From: Akkermansia muciniphila ATCC BAA-835
GTDB taxonomy: Bacteria; Verrucomicrobiota; Verrucomicrobiia; Verrucomicrobiales; Akkermansiaceae
NCBI RefSeq assembly: GCF_000020225.1
Contig: NC_010655.1
Location: forward strand, 2,160,001-2,192,000
Reading direction: 5' to 3'
Length of the DNA stretch: 32,000 bases
Every line of letters begins with the position of its first letter. The first letter of the stretch is position 1. Under the pieces are notes generated by a model. That model was not told the origin of the DNA and did not search any database. It saw only the letters and a list, made by a program, of their open reading frames with translations. Both the position numbers and the translations under genes were made by a program. This document shows positions 18,009-25,077 of this stretch, piece by piece.

Positions 18009-19028
18009 CTATTTTCCCGGCTGGGGAGTGTTTTTCAAGATGTTTTGCACGCTTTTCTGCACAACGCTGATGGGCAGGGCGTAATTTTCCGCCCGGTTCA
18101 CTCTGGCGATGTTCATGCCGATGAGTTCCCCCTTGAGATTAAGCAGCGGGCCACCCATCAGCGTGTACCGGGAAGGGGTGTCATGCTGGAGGACCATAGG
18201 GAAATCATCCCTGCGTTTGCTGAACCCACCGCTGATCAGGTCATTGGAATCCTCAGGAGCGTTTCCTCCCAGGGCCTGGCGTCTGGAACCCAGCGTGATG
18301 GTGTAGGATAACCTTTTATCCTTGCGTTTGACTTTCAGTGTCACTCTTTCTCCAACTTTTTTCCTGGACAGAATGGGGGAAACGGCATCCAGAGCAGTAA
18401 CGGGCGTGCCGTCCACCGCCAGAATCTCATCTCCGGCCTGGGCTCCGGCCTGGGCGGCGGGGCCGTCCTTGGTAACTTCCTGAATGGTACAGGGGGTGCC
18501 GAAAACGACGCCCAGGTAGGCGGTGTCTCCGTTCGGAATGGGGCGCTGCTCTGCACTAAGGGTTCCCAGCTGGGGCCGTCTGGACGTACGGGTAGTGGAG
18601 CCGTTGCTGACTACCAGGGTTCCCATGGCGGCATCATTGCTGACAGGGCCGGGAGCGTGCAGCCCGGCGGCTTCCACTTTCACTACTGCGATGTCTGTGG
18701 ACGGGTCCGAGCCAATTTCCCTGAACTGCCCATATTTGGAAGAACCTACCCGGATGGTCAGATCCCTGTAAGAATGGAGTTCCGAGGCTTTGGTGGCGAT
18801 GTAGCCGTCCGGGCTCAGCACAATGCCGTAAATCACAACATCGTGACCGGAAAAGAAAACTGCGCTCAAGTCCTGAAGACGTTCGCGGATGGGCTCGATA
18901 GTTTTCAGAATGGCTTTCCCGTTGATTCTCTGTTCAAAATCCAGGCTTCCGTTATTTCCTTCCGCCAGAGCGGGGTGGAACAGGGCGAAAACCAGGGGAG
19001 ACAGGCAGACGCAGAAAGGAAATTTCAT
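18009..19028 (-). CDS. trypsin-like (S1/HtrA-type) fold lacking the catalytic Ser, with an internal PDZ domain
   Basis: The signal peptide is MKFPFCVCLSPLVFALFHPALA. The Asp region is DIAVVKVEA. The PDZ stretch is YLGVVFG...VTKDGPAAQAGAQAGDEILAVDGTPV...GERVTLKVKR. The strand LQHDTPSRYTLMGGPLLNLKGELIGMNIA aligns to IQTD..GDSGGPL, with Met in place of Ser. Its ATG overlaps the upstream stop (ATGA at 19025-19028). Confidence 0.8.
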   Translation of the reverse strand: MKFPFCVCLSPLVFALFHPALAEGNNGSLDFEQRINGKAILKTIEPIRERLQDLSAVFFSGHDVVIYGIVLSPDGYIATKASELHSYRDLTIRVGSSKYGQFREIGSDPSTDIAVVKVEAAGLHAPGPVSNDAAMGTLVVSNGSTTRTSRRPQLGTLSAEQRPIPNGDTAYLGVVFGTPCTIQEVTKDGPAAQAGAQAGDEILAVDGTPVTALDAVSPILSRKKVGERVTLKVKRKDKRLSYTITLGSRRQALGGNAPEDSNDLISGGFSKRRDDFPMVLQHDTPSRYTLMGGPLLNLKGELIGMNIARVNRAENYALPISVVQKSVQNILKNTPQPGK

Positions 19029-19789
19029 GATGGCTGAGTGGAGAATGGCTGGCTGTCCTGTTCCGGTGGCGGCGTCAGGGAGGTCTTTCCTTCCGCTGTC
19101 TCCTCCGTCAGAGCGTCGAAATCTTTCATGGGCACGTGCAGATTGTCTTCCAGACCGGAACCGACCCTGCTGTGAATGCCAATCAGCTTTCCATCCAGGT
19201 TGAAAAGAGGGCCGCCGGAATCCCCGCGAATCAACTTGCAGTCCGTCTGAATGACGCCGTTCTTGAGGGAAACCACCCTCCCCAGGCGCACCATCGGGCC
19301 GCGTTTCCGGTCCAGCCCCCCGCCGTGCCCCAGCGCGAACACCCAGTCCCCCACACGAGGCATTTTTTCCGCTTTTTCCACGCAGGGCAGTTTTTTGTTC
19401 AATTGGGATGTGATTTTGGCCATGCCTGCGTCCGAATTGCTGTTTTGCGCCGTGGTTTTTCCCGGAAGGCGCGTTCCATCCGGCAGGATGATTTTGAGCG
19501 TGGTTCCTTTCTTGTCCACAACGTGGGCCGCTGAAAAGACCAGGCCTTTTTCCGAAACCAGGATGCCGGAGCCGCTGCCGTTGTTTAATTCAATGCAGAC
19601 CAGGGCGGGAAGCACCCGGGGAAGCATTTGCTGAAGCTGGCGTTCAATCCGCTGCAAATCTTCTACGGATTGCGGGGTGGAAGCCAGAAGACCGGCTCCA
19701 TCAGCGGACTGAGCCGGCGCTGGCGGGGCCAGCAGCGCTGTGCCGCAGAGAATAGCGGAAAAACAGGGATTCCGGAGAGCCGGGGTCAT
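19025..19789 (-). CDS. secreted trypsin-like serine protease with an intact catalytic triad and no PDZ
   Basis: It has a signal peptide. The His is in GSGILVSEKGLVFSAAHVV, the Asp in SDAGMAKI and the Ser in IQTDCKLIRGDSGGPLFNLDGKLIGIHS. Confidence 0.85.
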   Translation of the reverse strand: MTPALRNPCFSAILCGTALLAPPAPAQSADGAGLLASTPQSVEDLQRIERQLQQMLPRVLPALVCIELNNGSGSGILVSEKGLVFSAAHVVDKKGTTLKIILPDGTRLPGKTTAQNSNSDAGMAKITSQLNKKLPCVEKAEKMPRVGDWVFALGHGGGLDRKRGPMVRLGRVVSLKNGVIQTDCKLIRGDSGGPLFNLDGKLIGIHSRVGSGLEDNLHVPMKDFDALTEETAEGKTSLTPPPEQDSQPFSTQPS

Positions 19790-19801
19790 GATTGCCGGTG
19801 A

Positions 19802-19933
19802 TTATTGCCCAGAGACGGAAGTTTCCGTCTTCTGCTGCTGGTCCTCCTGTCCGCCGCCCACCAGGGAATCATGGTAATACACGCCGATAAACAGGCCTGC
19901 CAGCGTAATAAGGGTGATGAGGAGCTCTTTCAT
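19802..19933 (-). CDS. possible 43-aa membrane peptide upstream of the protease pair
   Basis: It is not in the ORF track because it is under 60 aa. My hand translation is MKELLITLITLAGLFIGVYYHDSLVGGGQEDQQQKTETSVSGQ*. It has one TM helix, and its stop lies 12 nt before the protease ATG at 19789. Confidence 0.35.
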   Translation of the reverse strand: MKELLITLITLAGLFIGVYYHDSLVGGGQEDQQQKTETSVSGQ

Positions 19934-20053
19934 GCCGTCACAGCATAGAATGTGTATTCGCGTCTGACGAGAGAATTTCATTGATAAGCCGCATTTTGAT
20001 GCAGTTCGGCAGAACGGGGATGAATGCGGCTGAGAAAATAGCCAAAATAAAGG

Positions 20054-20081
20054 TTGCTTTTTCCCGTGATAGGCGTATAAA
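20054..20081 (+). promoter_or_regulatory. sigma70-like promoter for tRNA-Gly
   Basis: TTGCTT (20054-20059), a 16-nt spacer, then TATAAA (20076-20081). This is about 40 nt upstream of the mature tRNA 5' end. Confidence 0.4.
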
Positions 20082-20120
20082 TCCCTCAGCGGCCGTTTCC
20101 GGTTCGCTGGCTCATTTCAA

Positions 20121-20195
20121 GCGGATGTAGCTCAGGGGTAGAGCGCAACCTTGCCAAGGTTGATGTCGTGGGTTCGAATCCCATCATCCGCTCCA
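20121..20195 (+). tRNA. tRNA-Gly (anticodon GCC), CCA encoded
   Basis: The sequence folds as a cloverleaf. The acceptor stem is GCGGATG/CATCCGC and the D arm is GCTC-AGGGGTA-GAGC. The anticodon arm is CAACC-TTGCCAA-GGTTG. The T arm is GTGGG-TTCGAAT-CCCAT, followed by T and CCA. Confidence 0.95.
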
Positions 20196-20345
20196 TTTTT
20201 TTTAAATCCCGGCCGGTTTGATGCGGGAATAATGAGTTTGCCTGAACAGTGATATTTCCGTTTAATCGTTTGAAGGTGCGGAAGGAGGATATGGCGGTCG
20301 TTTATTTCTGCAGAGGTGAAACAAGAGCCGGATATCTTGTTTGCA

Positions 20346-20369
20346 GCGGGGCCTTATGCGCTGCCCCGC
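20346..20369. terminator. GC-rich hairpin just past the acyltransferase stop
   Basis: GCGGGGC (20346-20352) pairs with GCCCCGC (20363-20369) across a 10-nt loop. There is no clear U-tract on either strand. Confidence 0.25.
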
Positions 20370-20399
20370 CTTTGTTGATCTCCTCCGGAAGGAGAGGAA

Positions 20400-21638
20400 T
20401 TATTGCGGAAGTCCGCTTTCCTGAATGACGGGAGTTTCCCTTGGAAGGACTTTTCTTTTTAAAAAAAGCGCTGTCAAATATTTACGGACCGGTTCATCAT
20501 AGAGTTTCAGGCAGAGCCAGGCCAGCAGAATGCTTCCAATGACGACGGCCAGGGCTCCGGGAAGTGAGTCCAGGAAGGAAAGCTTTTCGTTTTTCACCCA
20601 CGCATAGTACAAGTAGATGAACGGGTAATGCACCATGTACAGGGGGTAGGAGATGTTGCCCAGGAAACGGCATATTTTATCCGTATAGGGATTTGTAATT
20701 TTGCCGGAAGCGCCAAAGAGGAGGATGAGCGGGAAAAATACCGTGAAGCACGCTGTTTCATAGAGGCTGTTCATCCAGAAAGCATTTTGTCCTCCCAGCC
20801 GGGGAACGGCCAGCAGAATGGCAAGGGACAGACTGCATAACCAGAAAGAATTTTTGACGTTGAGCGGCTTGAACAGCCGGAACAGGAGCAGACCGGCTGA
20901 AAAGGAGTACAACAGGCGCAGGGAGCCGCCCGTCCATTCCGTGCCGGTCATGGAGAATCCGGAGCATATGTCTCCGTTAGGCCCCCAGAAGCTGAAGGAG
21001 GCAAGGCCGCACCCGGCCGAGACAACCAGTATTGCCAGGGAGCGTGTAGAGAGTTTCCGGATGAAGAGGGCATAAAGAAGGTTGCCGATGTATTCAAAGA
21101 ACAGGGACCAGCTCGGGCCGTTGAGCGGGTACATTTCTCCCAGACCCCGGATTTCCATGCCGGGGGGAGACGGAATGAGCAGAATATTGACGAAGGTAGC
21201 GGCGAACAGGGAGATGACCGCTACCTGCGATACATCCCATACGGGGCAGCCCTGGAAATAGAAGATAAGCGCGCCGATGAGCGCCCCTATCGCTACCATG
21301 GGCTGCAGGCGTATAAGGCGGCGTTTGATGAATTCCCTGGTCGTCATCGTTTTCCAGCGGTTGTCATAGGCGTAGCCGATGACAAAGCCGGAAAGCATGA
21401 AGAAAAAATCGACGGCCAGGTAGCCGTGGTTGATGATTTGGTCCACATGGCTGGTGGCGTAGGCTTCAAAGATGTGGAACCATACGACGACAATGGCGGC
21501 TACGCCGCGCAAACCGTCAAGTATGTGGTAGTGGTGTTTTTCACTGCCTGGGGGAATGGGAGAATGCTGCGTTTTCAACATGAGAGAAGCTGTTGTTCGA
21601 TGCTGTTTTTGTTTTAATGTGAAAAAACGGCTGCTCAT
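20400..21638 (-). CDS. acyltransferase family 3 (OafA/YrhL-like) integral membrane O-acyltransferase
   Basis: The motif HYHILDGLRGVAAIVVVWFHIFE...GYLAVDFFFMLSGFVIGY is typical of acyltransferase_3, and there are about 10 TM helices. The start is uncertain: ATG at 21638 or 21581, while the tracked 21728 start adds a non-hydrophobic leader. Confidence 0.8.
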   Translation of the reverse strand: MSSRFFTLKQKQHRTTASLMLKTQHSPIPPGSEKHHYHILDGLRGVAAIVVVWFHIFEAYATSHVDQIINHGYLAVDFFFMLSGFVIGYAYDNRWKTMTTREFIKRRLIRLQPMVAIGALIGALIFYFQGCPVWDVSQVAVISLFAATFVNILLIPSPPGMEIRGLGEMYPLNGPSWSLFFEYIGNLLYALFIRKLSTRSLAILVVSAGCGLASFSFWGPNGDICSGFSMTGTEWTGGSLRLLYSFSAGLLLFRLFKPLNVKNSFWLCSLSLAILLAVPRLGGQNAFWMNSLYETACFTVFFPLILLFGASGKITNPYTDKICRFLGNISYPLYMVHYPFIYLYYAWVKNEKLSFLDSLPGALAVVIGSILLAWLCLKLYDEPVRKYLTALFLKRKVLPRETPVIQESGLPQ

Positions 21639-21988
21639 TTTCCGCCTTTCCGGTAGATGCAGGTTCTCCGGAGGCGCAGTTGTTGAGCTGCCTAAGCAAA
21701 TACCCTTCTTCCCGGCAGATTCTTTCAACAGGCGTTGCCTGTCTTATCCGTCGGCAGGGCGATGAGCGGAACGAACGGCGGTTTTCCGGAGGGAAGAATC
21801 ACTTATGGCTCGGAAGGTGCAGGCAACCGGGAAACCCGTCAGGATGGAACCGTTTTTGTAAGTCTGCCGGGAAGAACAGGGTGTTGCTTGCTGCCCGTCC
21901 GATTTCCGGAAACAGGAGTTTCCTGCCCGCTTTTCTGCGCTGAGGCGTTTTTTCCGGAATGGGAAAAGGGCCTGGCAGGGGCGAATGC

Positions 21989-22795
21989 TCAGCCTTTGCG
22001 GTAGTTTACAAGGGTTTCCATATATATTCCGGAGATACTGCCGCCGTCCATGGGGGTTATGTCCTTGAATGCGGGGTTGATGGGCTGCAGCACGTATTCC
22101 GTTTTTCCTGTTTCCGCGTTTTTCCTGCGAATCAGTTTTTTCAGCGTAACGCCGCGTCCGTCGTTGTATTCCACGATGGTTCCCGGTTTGGGGATGGGCG
22201 GGGCGGTATGGCGCCGCATAATTACCAGGGAGCCGTCCGGGATGAGGGGTTCCATGGATTTCCCTTCTACGCGGACCACGTATTCGTTTTTACCCAGGGG
22301 CCTTTCCATGTAAATGGTAGACGGGACGGTGTCGCTTTCCGCAAGAGAGCCTGCGGCGATGTTGCCGATTATTTGCGTACTGTATTCACGCCTGGCGTGT
22401 CCAGCATGGGACGGAAATTGTCTGACCAGGGGAACCAGGGGAGAGTGCATTGGCCGCAGCTGGCGTTCCTCCGCCGCTTCGTCTGCCAAATCCGTCAGCC
22501 ACTGGCGGAGGGGGACGCCTTTTTCAGAGGCGGCCCGTTCATATTTCCTCATGCGCTCTTCCGTGATTTCCAGCACGAGGCGATTGGTCTGGACAGGTTC
22601 GTCTTCCGGTCGAACCGTTTTGTATTGAGACATCAGGGATTGGATTTTCAACATGGCGCTGGCGGGGAAGGGGCCGGAGGGGGAGAGCCAGTTATTCACC
22701 GTACCTTTTTCCGTACCGCATTCCATGGCAAGCCAGTCACGGTTTTTCCCAATGGCCTTCAACCAGTGTTTCACATCCCCTTTTGTCGGTGTCAT
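21989..22795 (-). CDS. HTH (XRE/Cro-like) plus S24 peptidase (LexA/CI-like) self-cleaving repressor with a long middle region
   Basis: The tracked start at 22810 is GTG; ATG at 22795 gives MTPTKGDVKHWLKAIG. The HTH is RDWLAMECGTEKGTVNNWLS. The S24 motifs are an Ala-Gly site in GNIAAGSLAE, the Ser in VEGKSMEPLIPDGS and the Lys in GVTLKKLIR. Confidence 0.8.
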   Translation of the reverse strand: MTPTKGDVKHWLKAIGKNRDWLAMECGTEKGTVNNWLSPSGPFPASAMLKIQSLMSQYKTVRPEDEPVQTNRLVLEITEERMRKYERAASEKGVPLRQWLTDLADEAAEERQLRPMHSPLVPLVRQFPSHAGHARREYSTQIIGNIAAGSLAESDTVPSTIYMERPLGKNEYVVRVEGKSMEPLIPDGSLVIMRRHTAPPIPKPGTIVEYNDGRGVTLKKLIRRKNAETGKTEYVLQPINPAFKDITPMDGGSISGIYMETLVNYRKG

Positions 22796-22807
22796 GGCTT
22801 GATTATA

Positions 22808-22820
22808 CACGATTTTCGTG
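22808..22820. promoter_or_regulatory. palindromic operator-like site O1 (CACGA-TTT-TCGTG)
   Basis: This is a perfect 5-3-5 palindrome starting 13 nt upstream of the repressor ATG, on the opposite strand. It shares the ACGA-N3-TCGT core with O2. Confidence 0.45.
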
Positions 22821-22870
22821 AATTGTCGATAGAAAGAAATAAATTGAATTCGTTAAAATGTGTTGATGTA

Positions 22871-22887
22871 TTAACGAAAATCGTTAA
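22871..22887. promoter_or_regulatory. palindromic operator-like site O2 (TTAACGA-AAA-TCGTTAA)
   Basis: This is a perfect 7-3-7 palindrome ending 9 nt before the ATG at 22897. An extra half-site TCGTTAAAA lies at 22850-22858. Confidence 0.45.
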
Positions 22888-22896
22888 AAAGGCGCT

Positions 22897-23223
22897 ATGA
22901 AGTACATGCCTTTAGACCTTTCCGTAATGCAGCCGGAGCCGTTTCCGCATCCCGTGATGATGAGGTCCGACCTGTATCCCAGAAGACAGCCCTCCCGGGA
23001 AGAAAAGTGGGGCATTTGCCCCGGTTCCGTCTGCGGCGCGCTGCGGGCGCTGGTTCGTCGATGCTGGGAAGAGGCGGAGCGGCGGAAGCTGGCAATGAAC
23101 ATTCTTTCCGTCGCCGGAGCCTGCGTTTTCGGCCTGATGGCTGTCGGCGTGTTCTGGCTGGCTGTTGAGATGGATAATTCCGCTTTGCAGGCTTCCAAGT
23201 CTTCCTGTTCCATAAAACCGTAA
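22897..23223 (+). CDS. hypothetical small membrane protein, divergent from the S24 repressor
   Basis: 108 aa with one clear TM helix (MNILSVAGACVFGLMAVGVFWLAV). Its ATG lies directly behind operator O2. No recognisable family. Confidence 0.4.
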   Translation: MKYMPLDLSVMQPEPFPHPVMMRSDLYPRRQPSREEKWGICPGSVCGALRALVRRCWEEAERRKLAMNILSVAGACVFGLMAVGVFWLAVEMDNSALQASKSSCSIKP

Positions 23224-24055
23224 GCCGGCCCTTGTCCAAAGGGGGGGCGGAACGCTTTTTTCCTGCGGAGCTTGCTTTCGGGAATGAACGGCCGCGTTTG
23301 ATGCCTCCCGGTTTGTTTTTTCCGGTTGAAACGCCTGCGGACGCATGAAAGGTTCCGGCAGGAATGGGCGCCGGATTTCCAGAGGGGCTTTTTTATCCGC
23401 AGAGCAATTTGAACGGAAGAGACGGGGAAGGGCTGGAGCTTGGATGACTGCATTATTTGCCGGCTGCATCACCCGGGTTCCGGAAATGCCGTCCGCCAAT
23501 GCCGTTCCTGTGCGGGAATAGCGGTTGGTCATGCAGGCGGGCAGTATGGCGCCCGTTTGCGAAGAGGATGAAGCTGCGGTTCCGGATTTCTGTCCGGAGG
23601 GAACCGCATGAGATGGAGCAGGGATGCTTTTCCTCCACGTGGCCGTTTCCCGTTTATCTGGCGCGGTTTGATTTCATTCTGGCGTGGCCGCCGGGACCGG
23701 CTGTTGAAGGAGTTTCCTGAGGCGCAGGCGGGCACAGGCCTGTATGGAAATCCCCTGTGGTGTCTGTCGTGCCGGGATGCGAGGCGGGGATGATGCGACC
23801 CGGGTCCGGGGCGCCCATCATTCCGGGCGTTATGGCGCTGGTCGGGAGACTGGCGGCGGAAGATGCCGCCAGGAACGGCGGCCTTCCGCTTCTGGATTCA
23901 TTCCGGGTAAAAGATGCGCCTTTTGCGGAGAAAGTGAAAAATGAAGAGGCTTTTTCCGATTTTGCATGTTGAGAAATAATTTTATGACAGTTGATATGTA
24001 TTCATTATAAATGAATTAAAAATAATGAAGCAGAAAGTGCTAAAAATCTTTTGCA

Positions 24056-24070
24056 TTATAGTTACTATAA
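24056..24070. promoter_or_regulatory. perfect 7-1-7 palindrome TTATAGT-T-ACTATAA in an AT-rich region upstream of the 24205 operon
   Basis: It is preceded by TTGCA and lies about 135 nt upstream of the ATG at 24205. A near-identical copy is at 31782-31796. Confidence 0.35.
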
Positions 24071-24204
24071 GGAATAGCCTGAATGAAGAAAGAAGAAGGC
24101 ATGGTACGCGGCCGGCGTCCTTTCCCTTCTTTTTCCGGAATCCGGCCATCGCCGTTTAAAAGGCACACCATGAAAAACAACAGACTTTTTATCAAATCAT
24201 CGCC

Positions 24205-25077
24205 ATGACCAAGAGAATGATTAAAAATGCTTCCTACGAAGGGGAACGTCCCCTGTTCGCTTCCCGCCATCTTAGGCTGGAAGACGTCATTATTTATCCG
24301 GGGGAATCCGCCCTGAAGGAATGTTCCGACATTGAAGCTGTGCGGTGCGAGTTCCGGGGGAAGTACCCTTTCTGGCACAATGACGGGCTGCTGGTGGAAC
24401 ATTGCCTGTTCAGGGAAGGCGCCCGGGCCGCCATCTGGTATTCCCGGAATCTGCACATGAAGGATACCCGCGTGGAAGCGCCCAAGATGTTCCGTGATAT
24501 GGACGGGATGGTTCTGGAGAACGTCGTTCTGACGGATGCTCTGGAATGCTGCTGGCACTGCCGGAATGCGAAGCTTCGCGGCGTGCAGGCGGAGCATGGG
24601 GATTACCTGTTCATGCACGGGGAGAATATAGATGTTGACGGCTTCCGCCTGAACGGAAATTACTCTTTCCAATATTGCAGGAATGTGGTGATACGGAATG
24701 CGGAAATCCATTCCAAGGACGCTTTCTGGAATACGGAGGACGTGACGGTGTACGATTCCGTGGTGGACGGGGAATATCTGGGCTGGCATTCCAGGAACCT
24801 TCGTCTGGTGAATTGCCGCATTTCCGGCACGCAGGCGTTGTGCTACGCGGAAAACCTGGTTCTGGAGAATTGCACGCTCGGAGAGGATGCGGATCTCTGC
24901 TTTGAGTATTCCTCCGTGCATGCGGAAATCAAGGGGCGTGTGCACAGCGTCAAAAATCCGCGCAGTGGCCGCATTGTTGCGGAAGAGTACGGGGATATTA
25001 TTCTGGACGAGCATTGCAAGGCTCCTGCCAATTGCTCCATTGAAACGGGAAAAGCCCAATCCGGAGAAGCCGCATGA
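24205..25077 (+). CDS. DUF3737-like parallel beta-helix repeat protein
   Basis: A string of family-typical motifs is present: GERPLF, GESALKE, KYPFWH, APKMFR, GDYLFMHG, GNYSFQYCRN, SKDAFWNTEDVTVYDS, GEYLGWHS, QALCY and DLCFEY. The stop overlaps the next ATG (ATGA at 25074-25077). Confidence 0.72.
   Translation: MTKRMIKNASYEGERPLFASRHLRLEDVIIYPGESALKECSDIEAVRCEFRGKYPFWHNDGLLVEHCLFREGARAAIWYSRNLHMKDTRVEAPKMFRDMDGMVLENVVLTDALECCWHCRNAKLRGVQAEHGDYLFMHGENIDVDGFRLNGNYSFQYCRNVVIRNAEIHSKDAFWNTEDVTVYDSVVDGEYLGWHSRNLRLVNCRISGTQALCYAENLVLENCTLGEDADLCFEYSSVHAEIKGRVHSVKNPRSGRIVAEEYGDIILDEHCKAPANCSIETGKAQSGEAA

Noticed and set aside
19988-20030. An 8-bp inverted repeat, GCCGCATT ... AATGCGGC, upstream of the tRNA promoter.
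   Set aside because: The 27-nt loop and lack of a U-tract make a terminator unlikely. It could be chance or a protein site, and there is no supporting second copy.
21989-22795. Calling the S24 protein the canonical SOS regulator LexA.
   Set aside because: It has an XRE-type rather than a winged-helix LexA N-domain and is about 60-70 aa longer. The adjacent palindromes (ACGA-N3-TCGT) do not resemble the LexA box I recall for Verrucomicrobia. I therefore describe it only as a LexA/CI-like S24 repressor.
22884-23532. Minus-strand ORFs 22884-23453 (189 aa) and 22912-23532 (206 aa).
   Set aside because: They overlap each other and the plus-strand small membrane ORF. Their translations are Arg/Pro/Gly/Ser-rich without TM helices or motifs, and they would run into the operator region. 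They are probably non-coding.
20165-24204. An att-like direct repeat of the tRNA-Gly 3' end, or an integrase, that would define a genomic island.
   Set aside because: I found no convincing copy of the tRNA 3' segment by eye; GGAATCCGGCCATCGCCG near 24136 is only a loose resemblance. No integrase or recombinase ORF is present. The island idea is kept as a low-confidence hypothesis only.
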